In this document: piece after piece, positions 39,996 through 53,430 of the stretch
Layout: every line of letters begins with the position of its first letter
Position numbering within the stretch: the first letter of the stretch is position 1
Assembly: GCA_951406725.2 (NCBI GenBank)
Contig: OX597817.1
Span: 6,944,001-7,008,000 of the forward strand
From: Octopus vulgaris
Lineage: Eukaryota
Length of the DNA stretch: 64,000 bases
Direction: 5' to 3'
The notes under the pieces: model-generated
Databases searched by the model: none
Told to the model about the DNA's origin: nothing
Seen by the model: the letters and a program-made list of their open reading frames with translations, nothing else
Made by a program: the position numbers and the translations under genes

Positions 39996-40420
39996 AGGTG
40001 GAGAGCTGGCAGAATAGTTAGCATGCCTAGAAAAATACATAGCGACGTTTCGTTCGTCCTTACGCCCTGAGTACAAATTCCACGAGGCCGACTTTGACAT
40101 TCCATTTCTCAGACCAATAAAATAAGTATGAGTTGAGCTCTGGGGTTGACATAATCGACTATAACTCTCCCCTTAAATCGTTGGCCTTGTGCCAAACTTT
40201 GAAACCAGTATTTCTGCAGTATTCTTGGTGTAATGACTATTGCAAGCATAATCGTTAGAGCATCCGAAAAACCGCTCCGCAGTATTTATTTCGACTCTTT
40301 ACATCCTGAGTTCAAATCTCACCCACATGACTGGTACTTCATTTTATCGATCCTTTTCCAAGCCGATAGAATATATAAAGTATCAGATTGCTGGGATTGT
40401 GTCGAAATTTGAAACAATGA
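39996..40420 (+). mobile_element. Old diverged family C-related SINE pieces
   Basis: GGTGGAGAGCTGGCAGAATAGTTAGC head, GAGGCCGACTTTGAC core, and a second fragment near 40245-40420. Confidence 0.7.
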
Positions 40421-40849
40421 GCTCTCTATTGAGACTGTAGGAAAAACAATATAGGTAGATCGTCAAACAAAATGGACTACTGCAACTTGTTATATCTACA
40501 TAACAAGTTGCATTCAAATTTGGGGATGGATACGATATTTCCTACATTATTATCGACAACACCCCACTATGTGGGTGGCGTTATTAAAGAAGTCTTGGTA
40601 GGTCGCCATGGTATTTATATAATGATATCTACTTTAATTTTGAGTTCAGATTTCCAATCGTATTGAAGCTAAATTACGACCCCAAATTATTTCAGATTTA
40701 TAAGTAGTAGTCCAGTGTTGCATTCGACTATACATCACTTCCGAAATATGTAGTGTTAGATGGTCTAATTTTGACAAGTTTTCCAAAATTATTCAATTAC
40801 GATGCAATACTTTGCATTTGTGCAGCTGAAACAATAACAGGTAATTGCA

Positions 40850-41822
40850 TGGCCTGACGCAAAGAATAGCAATATGTGCCACCCTGCAAACTATAAATCG
40901 ATCGGTCTCACACTTAACACCACAAAACTAAAGACAAAAATTATTGAGCCATTCCTTACGATATTGCGAATCACGATTTCTCCTCCGCCGCCACTAACAT
41001 AGCATCCATAGGCTTTGATATCCTCATTATCGATCCCCAATATTCATACCTAGGTAAGATTTTTCTGCGAAATCAAAGTGTTTGATCTTCATCAGTAATG
41101 AATCTGAATGTATAAAGCACGAAAATGTTATACACCACCTTTCCACTAACAGCTTCTTCCGTCTCTCATCCATTGAAGAATAAAGTTTCCACAGCCCGCC
41201 ATGACGGATCCACATCTGATTTACAGGCTACTAACTCTAGTGTCCTTGATGCTTTGATTGCGTTTCCGATATGCTTTCTCTTGATCATCAATCACCTTCG
41301 TGTTGTGATTGTAAGAACAGTCAACTAATATGCAGACGATATCATACATTGACCAAACGAATCTTCAACACGCAGATCTCACCCATAGAACATCTTACTC
41401 CAAAAGTATAAAATTCCGTTCAACAGACACTTTGAAGATATTCTCTAATGAGAATATAATAACTTTGATTCCTTCAGCAGCCAAAACGCATAATCATTGC
41501 ACATATCAAAAAGTTACTTTCTACTTTTTGGCAATACATAAAAATCGAAGTATTTACAAACTACAGATCTCTCAATCTTTATGAGTACTATCGAACAACT
41601 ATTTCCAAAATTTAGACACCCGTTTTGGGGCCAGAAAATACTTTGATTCTAGTGGGCCATGACAAAATATTATACCACTTCTAGAAGATGGCCTTTCTAA
41701 ATACATACATATCGTAAACTGTATCACAAAAATCCATCCAGCTGAATACAACTCAACTCAGTCATCAACTCAATTCAAAATTACGAGACTACAACGCTCT
41801 CCCTTTCTCTTTCTCTCTTTTG

Positions 41823-41893
<71 letters not shown>

Positions 41894-42340
41894 CATGTGT
41901 TTGTCTGTGCGTTTACTCTATGTCTGCTGAAAAACATCTGAAATAAACCAGATAATTACATACCATAATAACTCATTCCACCCAATATATCCATGACTCG
42001 TCATCTCAACGCTGTCTCCCGACCATATGCTTAGGAAGATATCTACCATCTACAACCATTTTCTGGTCCACGTTCTACAGCAGTCATCATCGAAGCTGGA
42101 CATTCACCATCTTAATACGACAGTCTCAGGCAGCCTACTATAATGACTTCCTCCTAAATAAATAATGGCAAACAAATACCATGCAATACAAAGAGATATT
42201 TATCTCGATCCTCTTAGCAATAAGCTATTTCACATCTACTTACATTGAAATGAATACTTAAATCTCCTACACTACTTACGCTGCTGTATTACAACTTTTG
42301 AATGTCTTCATCTGCAGTAGCTTTTTGACGTCGAACAGAA
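40850..42340 (-). pseudogene. Two decayed RTE-type LINE fragments separated by (GT)n
   Basis: NHNTKVI / SYLG remnants (41000-41330) and LRW*MSSFDDDCC (about 42070-42116). Confidence 0.35.
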
Positions 42341-42602
42341 ATTGTTTATACGTTCAGAAATATATAATTAAATGGTAGCAACCCACATTGCAGTTTCCCT
42401 TTTGATATCAATTCCACAATTTTACATCCGTCTGGTTAATTTTCAAATGAATAAAACAATATCTGATTAATCTTAAACGTCATCAAATGTTTTTACATTC
42501 ATGGCAAAAGAAAGCAATGTTTTCTGTTATATTCCAGCTTATTGCGTAGAGTAGAGAAGGGATTTGCAGATGTGAGGAACAGTTGAGGCAGAAAATTGAA
42601 CG

Positions 42603-43882
42603 TGCGAGGTGCACTTCAGAAAGTGTCAGACTTCTATTAAGGGACGCATTCATATCTCTCCAAGATTACAATAATTTTAGTATATGATTGATATACGCCA
42701 AATCAAATGAACTGTAGACATTTTTATTCTAGATTGAAGTAAACGGTTTTTAACAGCACTTGGAACAAACTCTACTAAACACAGTTGGTCACAGTTGATT
42801 ACTTTGCACAGTGTAGTTGGGACATGGACACAATGTGGAGGCTTGCTATGCAATAACGTTTTGTACTACGCAGATCAAAGATGCTGAAGAACCTTATGAA
42901 ATGCCCCAGACTGGATTAAGTTGTATGAGCCGAGCATCTGTTTTTTTGTTACAAGGAAGAGGGGTTAAAATATGATCAGGGGTGTGAGACAAAGAGGGAC
43001 AGCACGATATCAGAGCTAGTTGAGAAAATTCTCGATAAAGCTCATCCTGTTGTTATGACGAAAATAATCGTAGAATTTGGAGTTAGTGTAGAAACTATAC
43101 ACAAAATTATCCATGAAGATCTGAATTTGCACAAAATTCGTGAAAAATTCCCCCAAGGGGCTTCAGTGATGAAGGGAAACAAAAGGTGTTGGTGTCGGCT
43201 GGTTGAGTTCTTTACCTCCAATCTAAGAGTACTTAAATCACCTATAATGAAAGCTGGATCTGCTGTTATGGTTCAGAGATAATAAGAGTGCCCGATGGAA
43301 CAATCGTGGCATTCGCAGATCGAAGAGGGCAAGGCAAATCAAGTTCACCGGAAAGCTCATGACTATCCCCTTTTCCGACAGCAAATATAATCTACATTCA
43401 CTGGCCTTCCTCCTGCTAGAAGGGCAGCAGGGAGTACTTTGTGGAAGTTTTAAGTTAGTTTTAAAACGATTTCGTCGCAAAATGTCAGAGCTCTTCTATT
43501 TGCATCGGCGACAGCTACACCAAGACAATGCATCACTACACCTTTTCATTCTGATCACCAACTATATGACAGGGCTGGGCATAAAATGCATTGCCTACAG
43601 TCCAGACATTACTCCATGTGACTTATGTGTGTTCTACAAACTGAAGGAGAACCTCAATGTCAGTCATTTTGAAAACATTGAGAATTTGAAGGAGTCTGAT
43701 ACAAGGGTCCTGGACACCTTTAGATTATAGGACTTCCATGGAGCCTCCACGAAGTGAGTGAAACGCTACAAGTGCATTTAAGTCAGAGAGTCATCTTTGA
43801 AAGACATTAGAGTTTTGTACTTTTTGAAATGAATAAATGTCTCTCTAAGAAGTCTCAAAACTTCTGGAATGGGCCTCTTGTA
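42603..43882 (+). mobile_element. Decayed mariner-like transposon
   Basis: FGVSVETIHKIIHEDLNL, LHQDNA and YSPDITPCDLCVFYKLKENL. Imperfect TIRs at 42603-42650 and 43830-43882, about 1.3 kb apart. Confidence 0.9.
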
Positions 43883-43934
43883 AGTCTCAAGTTTCGGATA
43901 ATCTTTACTCAATGCTATTTGTCTGCTAAACAAA

Positions 43935-44164
43935 GGCGGAGAGCTGGCAGAATCGTTAGCACGCCCGGCGAAATGCTTTGCGGTATTTCGTCCGCCGCTG
44001 CGTTCTGAGTTCAAATTCCGCCGAGGTCGACTTTGCCTTTAATCCTTTCGGGGTCGATAAATTAAGTACCAGTTACACACTGGGGTCGTTGTAATCGACT
44101 TAATTCGTTTATCTGTCTTTGTTTGTCTCCTCTATGTTTAGCCCCTTGTGGGTAATAAGAAAAT
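43935..44164 (+). mobile_element. SINE family C monomer
   Basis: Head plus one unit. TSD TATTTGTCTGCTAAAC / TATTTCTCTACTAAAC. Confidence 0.9.
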
Positions 44165-44848
44165 ATATTTCTCTACTAAACCACTGGTAACCATATTTGA
44201 TCGACCTCATGTAAATAAATGGTAAAGTCTTTCACTTCTTTTTTGAGGCTTTAATCAGAAATATAGGCAATTTATAACGTAACATATCGTATTCATTGTG
44301 CAAGTATTATAACTACCTCAATACCCTCAGTTTTACCGTATTTTCCTAATGCTGACGAGAAAAGTACCTACGTCACCTAATTTAATTTCTTCGGCTTTAT
44401 AAATCTCATGTATTCATATAAATGTACGAAATCAATATTTAGCAACTATAGAGATATTGAAATAGACTTTTAAACAGTTTAACGACCAAGAATGATGTCT
44501 GAATATTTTATAAATACATAAATTGTTCAAATCTTTTAAAAGCTGGATATCAAAGCTACACTAACAAGACTATCAATCATAAATTGCCGAATCTAATTGA
44601 GCGTTTATATATAGATGTTGTACAGTTTAAGCCTTTCATTAGTGCTCATGACTGCAAACACATACGTATTTTAAACTAACAGAATTGAACAGAGAGCTAT
44701 GATTAGTAATAGCTGTAGTTTGTACACTGTCTTATTTAAGATTTATGTATTCGATATTTGAAGGACATTGAATATGGTGTTTGGCAGTTCGTTGACGAGT
44801 CTGTACGCTTAGATATTTTGCTGCTGCAGACTATCTATTTCTCTACTG

Positions 44849-44905
<57 letters not shown>

Positions 44906-45147
44906 ATAAATATATATTGTTTATATGTCAGAGAGAGGGAGTGGGAGAGAAGCCGTTTCCAGATGTTTTACCTGGTTTATGTAGTGTTTGAAGCAGCGTC
45001 GTCTGGCGATTGCAGCTTTAGTGCATAAGATCTGCTGATCTGTGTGCATATGCGTATATGTGTGTATGTGTGTGTATGTGTGTATCTCTCTGTGTGTGTG
45101 TGTGTGGATGTGTATGCATCTGTGTATGTACGTGTGTATGTATAATA

Positions 45148-45191
<44 letters not shown>

Positions 45192-45335
45192 CTTAATAGC
45201 ACCAGGTGGTGCTATTAAGTTAGACATGGCCTGGGCCAATAATGGCCGAAACCTATCAAAGTATCAAAGTAAGTATATGTATGTATATATATATATATAT
45301 TATATATATAATATATATACATACATACATGTGTA

Positions 45336-45371
<36 letters not shown>

Positions 45372-46179
45372 TATGCATATATGGGTACAGGACGTCACTA
45401 ACTGCAAAAAACATGAAATGCATAGACAAAAAATAAAATACGCAAACAACGAGAGAAGAATGGAAAGCAAGTGAACACAGAGAAAGACAAGTAAAAACAG
45501 TCAAACATGCGTCTGTGTATATGGAAGGTAAAAGACGGAGAGCTGGATAGATCCGTACAGACATACACACATGATCTATGAAATGCATACGCGAAATAAC
45601 GTTGTCAACTTTAAAGTAAGACTGGTGATTGTTATCTACAGTTATCAAAAATATCTGCAGAAAATCTTTGTGAATCCTAAAACATTTGTACTGTTTACTA
45701 ACTCAGAACGTATTATAGAAAATGAAAGATTTCTATAATGAGCATACGTAGTTGTTTATCCTATGTACAGTAAGCAGCATCACTCACCGAAACATTCAGA
45801 TATCTACTAAGAATTAATCAACTTTAAGTTCAACATTAAATGGATTACACTTATAATTGTATGTCTTTTCCAAATGCAATAAAGTAGCATGTGAGATGTT
45901 TACAATCAGAAATCAAATCAATGTAGAAATTTCGTTTCACTATGAAATTGCCACTTGTAACACTTTCATCAATATAATAAAGATGTAGTCAAAACTGTCT
46001 AAAGTAATTTAATTGATGATGACAGTCGTTTGCCGTGCCCTGATTTAGTGCAACGACCGTCATTATAGAATAAGTTCCAGTGAAATATAATTGCTAGTTT
46101 CCTTTTTTATTTTAAGATATGTCTGTTATTATATTTATATTATTCTTTATTTCGTAGAACCTAGATATTTCTTCTTTAA

Positions 46180-46630
46180 TTTTCTTTATGCCTTTAACAC
46201 TCCAATGAGGAGTATAGGCCACTTATAGTTGAATTCCATGTTGCATAATTTTTGGCTTCTGCCATGAATGTCCCCCTTTCTCTAGTTCCTTTTGTGTTGA
46301 TCTCCGCAACGAGTTCTTAGGCATACCTCTCCTTCTATATCCATCCGGTTTCCACTGTAAATCACTTTTCGCTACATTTGCTGTGTCTTTTCTAATTGTG
46401 CTACCAATCCACTTCCACTTTTTCTTAAATATTTGCTCCCTAATCGAAACTTCATTTGTTCTTTGCCATAGCCCCATATTGCTTATGTGTTCGGGCCATC
46501 TAATTTTAAGTATACTACGCACGCATCTGTTGATGAATGATTGTATTTGCTTATTTGACTTAACTGATGTTCGCCATGTCTTAGCCCCATACAATAACAA
46601 CCTAGATATTTATTCTTTAAATATTTTATA
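46180..46630 (-). pseudogene. RTE-clade LINE ORF2 C-terminus and 3' end
   Basis: LLYGAKTW...QSFINRCVRSILKIRWPEHISN..LW..T...KWKWIG...LQWKPDGYRRRGMPK. Confidence 0.92.
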
Positions 46631-48794
46631 GTAAGATACATAGACGAAATGGTTCATATTCATAACTTCCGAACAAAACTGAACCTTTGCGGTGATTTAA
46701 CTAAGGCATATTGAAGGTAAATGTTTTTATTTGTTTCTTCATATCTGATTGGCTGTGTTAAGCCCATCTCTGTGAATTTACCAAGCATAAGTTGCTGCTG
46801 CACTATGATTGGTGAATTATTTCCTGTCGGCATATACGACTAATAGAGCTGTAGGGTGCTATTAGGAGGCACATATATTTCGCTGTGATATAAGTCAATA
46901 CCTGCTATGAGAACAAATATACTGATATAACTTGGTACAAGAGTCTTTATTTGAAATATTATAATTTTGAGTCTTCTTGTTATAAAATCTTCTTTCATAT
47001 TTTATATATTTCTTATTCACTTGAAAGATTTGACGGCGATTCTCATCCTTTTCCTTTTAATCTCTATTTTAGCATTCAAATGAACAGTGATAAACCTCCA
47101 CGGCATTCTATTTCGTCATAACTATATCATTTTACTTCTTAAATTTTTACTATTCTTACTCTGTTTCTATAGATATCATTCTGTTTAGATAATTTTTTCT
47201 ATGTCGATAAATGTTTATTGTTGATAGATTTAAGTCATTGTTATTTTTTTATTGTCGTAACTTTCATTGTCGGTATTGTCGTATAGACTCTAGCATTCAT
47301 ATATTTTTCGTATGAATTTACTTGAAATTTGAATGAACACATTCTTTGATTCTAATACCTTACATATCTAGACATTTTTGCAACAGCATCACCTGATGCA
47401 GTTTCAGTTTTTATCTTATTTCGTAGATCTTTTACTTAAACATCTCTTCTCTTCTGAATCGAAATGTATTGTAAATGTTTCCTTCGAGGAAATATTTCTT
47501 TCAGTTTTCGTTTGTAGTTTTCTTTCTCATTGATGACAGCTTATTTTCGGAATAAACTTGGGAGAGTGCCAGCAACGGAAATAATAACTTATGAAGTTAT
47601 GAACGCAGGTGGAGACGACTAAGTGACAGAAATCCTAAAGCAGCAATATAATTTTAACTACGTAAAAAAATATGGTGGAAAATGTTAGTGAACCCAATTC
47701 TAGTGATAAGAAAATTGGTAGGGTACTAAGAAATACAACGCAATAAGTTTGGCAAAAAACGCAAGGAGCATAATTGTATCATGTTATGTATCGTTTCCTA
47801 TAAAATTGCTTTGGACATTATATTACGCAGACAATAACAGAATGTTTTAAAAGAAACTTTGCTTGGCTTGAACTAGATTTGACGTACGAAAGTATTATAT
47901 TTCACTTGAAACGACGCCAATTACTTGTTCACGGAAAGAGAGACATTCGATGACAGTACGCAACAATTTAATCACAGGTAAGTTCTATCGACTTCATTCA
48001 CACGAAAGACGAAGTCACCTCCAAAATTTATTTATATAAGATAGTGCACAGAATAAATGTATCAATACGTGAGCAATTAAGTTGTCACTTCATGTTTTAT
48101 AATTCAACTGTCCTTAAATCACAAAATATTCCCTTCACAAATATAAAGCACAAAATAATGTAGTCTTTGATAAAATAAAAAAACATTTCCGAAATACAGG
48201 AACTTCTCCGAATAGACATATTTTGATGAAAGATCTACCTAATAACCTAAGTTAAACAGAAGACTAAATGTTCATGTATAACAAATAATTTCTGAATGAT
48301 TCTTGCGTGCATTTTTATTATATAGTATTCATTTACAATAAATTTATCAAAGAGATTATCAAATAAAATTAAATCGACACCAGTATATTACATTTGCATA
48401 AAAATTCATAAGGAAATGTGAATTTCAATAGGATTCCTTCAAATGAAGCGACATAAAACACTCTAAATACAGCAACGCAATCTTAGAATTTGCTTTTAAG
48501 CTGAAATACACATATTTCCGACACAAAATTTTATTGTTACAATTAAAATGAAATAGTAAGTCTGAGACAGAGAACAATAGCGTGTTGAAAAGTTCATCAC
48601 ATTTTAAACGCCTAAGCTCACCTGGATTTAAGATATTTATACGCAAGTATTTAAGAAGGTTATACTTGAGTGTACAGACGGGCACACTCATACACATAAA
48701 CACACGTGTGAGCATAGAGATGTGAACACACCTCAAAATAAAAATACATGAGCATAAAAGCATACAGGCAAACATATATATATATGAAGATAAT

Positions 48795-48978
48795 CCAAAC
48801 ATGAAAACACAAAGAGAAACCACAACAACGCGAGGACGTAGAACACGTATAGTGTTATTGGACACTCAGGAAATGAAAGAAACAAGGAGGATTTAACGTT
48901 TTGAGCGGAGATCTTCGTCAGAAGCATAGGAAAAGGGAAGACGGAGTAACAAAACGTCAACGATACACACGTGGTCAC

Positions 48979-48980
<2 letters not shown>
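48795..48980 (-). mobile_element. Penelope-like terminal fragment with a degenerate minimal hammerhead (48889-48925)
   Basis: Minus strand CTGACGA-A-GATCTCCGCTC-AAAACGTTA, with GAAA changed to AAAA and palindromic AACGTT. Abuts (TA)n. Confidence 0.55.
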
Positions 48981-49026
<46 letters not shown>

Positions 49027-51284
49027 CAAGTAGGTGAATAAACTAGTACTCAATAAAATTAGTGGAACTCAGCCTCACGTTTTAAGCGAACTCAACATCA
49101 CATTACTTCAATATTTGTAATCACAGAACGTATTCACATCCTCGTGTTTATGCTGACACAGACATGGAATGAATAGTATGCGTGTGTGTGTGTGTGTGTT
49201 TGCCTATTTGTGAACTTGCGTGTGTGTCTGTGTGTGTGTGTGAAGATATTATATTACACACACAGACACACACACACATATATTATATATATGTATATAT
49301 ACATACCACATGTGTGTATGCGTGTGTGAACGGTAGATAGATAGATTGTACAAAAATAATATTGTTACAGGAATCGATTCGTATTGTTTATTTATTCGCA
49401 CATGTGGTGGGAATTCTTTCTGCTCTTTACATTCCCATATAATGCAAATTGTTCTGAAATTTTTGCACGTCTGCAGCAGCATGAAAAGTCTACGACTGTC
49501 GTATTAGGATTCCTACAATTCAGTTCAAAGAGTTAGGACATATTAAAGAGAAATTCGTACGTTCGATATATTTGATTGAGCTTCTGAAGACAGGCTATCC
49601 ATATTCACATGTGTTTATAATCCTGTGACAAAAAGATAACCATCACACTGTAGGCGATTTCATTATGTTTGTTTCTATAGTCTCCACGGAATAATCCAGA
49701 ACAGTTGGAAGCCATTTTGAAGGGTAGATTACTCAATCCTTACAGAAGACGACGTCTCAAAGAAGATGGCAACAAAGATAGAAAATCTTCAAAGGAATAC
49801 ACAAAGCATTTCCAGTGGACATCCGCAGGGGGAATTATTGGTTACAGCATCTATACACGAGTTTGTCTACATATGCTGTAACCATCAATTTGCAATATAG
49901 AAATTAATTTTCACACAGATTTTGTTTGTAGTATTAATGATAATAGAGAGATGTTGATAATATTTCGTGACTACAGCTGTATCGAAGGACTGAGAACACG
50001 TAAATGAAATTTTGTTGGGAGCTAATTAGACGTTGCAAATTACTAAAATGGACAAAGCCACTGGTAATTTTATAATGGGGAAATTATCAATATATGTGAG
50101 AAAGAAACAACCTCTTATATAAAAGTATGACTGAATGTCACATTGATAGAGGTGAACATCTTGGAGAGCGTCGCTTTGACAGTAGTTAACAATGACCGGT
50201 CACCATTTTCCTATTCACCCTATTCAAGATCCCATTTTCCATATTGAATGACTTCCGCAATTACGGTTAATCAATCTCAGATTGAATAATCGACTTGATT
50301 TCTTCTTCAGAACTAATGAGCAAACGCATGCTGTTCGCCGAAGAATTGTGCTGGAAGTGGCACCTTGGGTAACAATGTAATAACAAAATTAGGAAATTAG
50401 GGTTTACTGAAGTTTTCCAATGTGAAGCCTTTCTTAAATTCTATAATATATATTTTCGTTATTATTTTAAGGAATAGTTGCCTATTATGGATTTCAGGTA
50501 ATGCATACACAATGAAAAACAGCAGCCTGTTTTATACCGCTCTCAACCGAAGTCAAGTTTCTATGATCGGACTGCAGATTCTGCGCATGCATAAACAAAT
50601 AACCTCTCATTCAAATTTCTATTTCATAAACATTTGCCTATCCGAACATACTTGCAACGTCAATTGCTATTTATGTGAGGTGTAAGCCATTCAAAAGTCG
50701 TAATTGTCTTTTATCTTACACATCTCATCTTCAATGGTATCTGTTTCCTTCTGGTTACTTTAATACTAATAATATTTTGTTTTAAGCATTTTCACCTACT
50801 AACAATGTTTTCAGTTGAAACCTTTCCCGCTGCAGGATTAGCTCTTATTATCACAGCTAATGTTTCGTTGTCTATTTTTTAACTTAATATTCTTCATTTA
50901 TTCATTATTTTTTAAAATAATAAATGCACATTGTGTTTACCAGTGATTTGCAATATTTTATTTGTAGCTGTAAGATTCAAATTTTAAATTTTCAACTTTT
51001 GCATGATTTGCTGGCATTCTATTAAGAATTAATATTTCATTGCTTTAAAAACGGTAAATACACCTTTACAAATTCATTTCAGCTTAAGTAATACTAAGAT
51101 TACATTGCCATTAAATGTATACATATCACGCAGCTTCGCTTCATTTTCATTTTGTATGTAATACAATTTTAAAGGATGAAAATACTGTGAATGAGATGAG
51201 CGTAAATTTTCACTACGCGTAAACGTACACAGAATAATGGAATACTAATAGTATTAAAAATGCAATGAAATACACACATTAATG

Positions 51285-51345
<61 letters not shown>

Positions 51346-51370
51346 TATATATATGTATTAGTGGCTTCGT

Positions 51371-51394
51371 AGGCGCAGGAGTAGCTTGCTTACT
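51371..51394 (+). mobile_element. SINE B head stub (insertion target)
   Basis: AGGCGCAGGAGTAGCTTGCTTAC equals the B 5' end with a ~15-bp internal deletion. Confidence 0.75.
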
Positions 51395-53415
51395 GCGCAT
51401 GCGTTAGTCAGTTACCACCACACTGATATTGTCAAGATGTTGCTTTCGTGTTCTTGAAGTGAAGAACGTTGAAGGCGCGACTGTAAGGTTGGCATGTTTT
51501 TGGTGGGAGGGGGACTTAGCGGGGTTTTGTTATTTTATATGGTTTTTCTTTACGCAAATAAGAAATCCTCGCTGAGTCCCGCTCTAAGTGAATCACTTAG
51601 CTATGAGAATTGTTGATTTGGGGGCGTGTCTCACCTCCAAAAAATAGTTGTGAAATTCGTGGAATTTTACCAAAAGTTGTGAAATTTTACCAAAAATTTT
51701 GAAATTTGTGGATTTTACCAAAACGTTGTGAAATTAGTGGAATTATACCAATTTGTGGAGCACTGTTCCTGCTGGGGGATTACTCTAGGCCAGTACTCCT
51801 GGCCTAGACATTTTTTCTTCGAACTTTTTTGAACTTGTGTTTGACTTTTTTGGGACTTAAAAACATAGCAAAGAAAGCTAATAAGGCGTTGGAGTGGGAC
51901 ATTGCCCCACCCAAAATTGGATAAAATGTCATGAGGAGAGGATGGTGGTGCTGCGGGAATACTCCAAGTCGCTCGACACCATCACCCTCTTCAAAAATAT
52001 TGATATAGAGAGAGGGTTGGCGGAATACATGCCAACTATAAAATTTATTTCCAGAGGTGTCAAATATGCGAAGGTGTGACTGCTATTTGAAAACCCTGAA
52101 GAGGATCGCAGTTTTGCGAATCAGCCCTTAGAGGGCGAAGAGATATTGTTTGTTCCCACATATTGTGGGAAGGAGTTGACAAGGGCTTGGGTCTGTAGGT
52201 TGCCACCCATGATAGAACCCGAGTTGATAGAAGACACTATCCGCTGGGGTCTGGGTGGCAGCAGAGCCAAGATCCTCGATGTCAAAATTTTGCCTGCGGC
52301 TGATTGGGTTGGATCAGAAGTGGTTTTGACCCTGTGGAGCCAATTAGCCAAGAATCTGATGTTTGCAGATTTTCTTAAAATCGTCGGTTGTAGATATCCG
52401 GTGATTCTTGAGGGACGCCCTCCCCCAGGTGTCGCCTACGTCTGGAACCAGGTCACATTAAAAAGAACTGTCCGCAGGACCAAAGTAAGGTCCTGGAACA
52501 GTTAGTTATGGAAGAATTCCCACCTCCTCCTTCGGAGGGAGAGATAGAGGCAATGGAGACCTCCCCGAAAAGAAGAGAAAAAAAGAGGAAGATGGGCAAC
52601 AATGGTTGCCCTCCGAAGGACCCCAGGGCTGCGGGAGGGAGGGAAGATGCTCCGGTTAAAGCGGAGGAACTACACCCTCTCGTAGCAAAGGGGAGACGAA
52701 AGAAGAAAAACGGGACAGTGCCGGCGGTTAATTCACTGCCGGCATGTTCCGAAGCCCCATCGGGGGAAATTGTGCCACCGACAGTAGAAGTTGTTGTCTC
52801 GACCCATATGATGGAGGAATGTTTCGTCTTCTTCAACAGGGGAGAGGCGGTGGGAAAGTTTACGAAAAAGTTTGCCAGTGGAGGAGACATATCCTGCATT
52901 AAAGATCCTGGATGGCCTCTGCAGATAGCAGACACGGATTTTTTCAAGGTAATAAACTCCGCCCCATAAGATGTATTCCGCTTCCGATTGCAGGCGCCCT
53001 TGCCTGGCACTATCGGAGTGCTTAAGTGACCTTTTGAGCCAGGTCGGGTGCCGGCGAGGCGGAAAATAGTAAAAATTAAGAGGCTGAGTGCTTCATGCTG
53101 AAAGGGCATATGGCTCATAACAGAAAATGTAAGAGGCCTAGTGTCTCGTTTGTAAGGACATTGTGTTATTTTTGGTAAGAGGCTTGGTGCCTCATTGTAA
53201 GGACCGTGTGTCCAATGGAACATTAGTAAGAGTTATATTACCTCATATTGTGTTTTGTAAAAGAATAATGTCCTAGAGAAGCAGCGATCGGTGGGCGTCG
53301 TCTGCCTTCCCTCATTAATACCATTTTTTTTCATCATTCATCTCATTAATGTTATTGTCCAGCTCGCAGCTAATACTTCTATCTAATGCCTTGATGGCAA
53401 ATTGAAATGAAATAA
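51395..53415 (+). mobile_element. ~2-kb ORF1-only non-LTR retroelement (family D), apparently full length
   Basis: TSD AGTAGCTTGCTTACT at 51380-94 and 53416-30. 5' UTR with ~30-bp tandem repeats (51647-51755), one ORF, 3' UTR hairpin repeats, ends AATGAAATAAA. No RT. Confidence 0.85.
51865..52969 (+). pseudogene. L1/Tx1-like ORF1 (gag-like) protein, ~365 aa, disrupted
   Basis: Joined frames give (M)AKKANKALEWDI...WVCRLPPMIEPELI...YPVILEGRP-CRLRLEPGHIKKNCP (CCHC knuckle, second C changed to R), then a basic P/E-rich tail. About two frameshifts and one stop. Confidence 0.8.
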
Positions 53416-53430
53416 AGTAGCTTGCTTACT

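Noticed and set aside
49681-49881. 66-codon open frame after TTTCTATAG
   Set aside because: No recognisable homology or supporting neighbouring exons.
52453-53223. 256-aa minus-strand ORF
   Set aside because: Antisense shadow of the ORF1 and 3' UTR of element D1, with no motifs.
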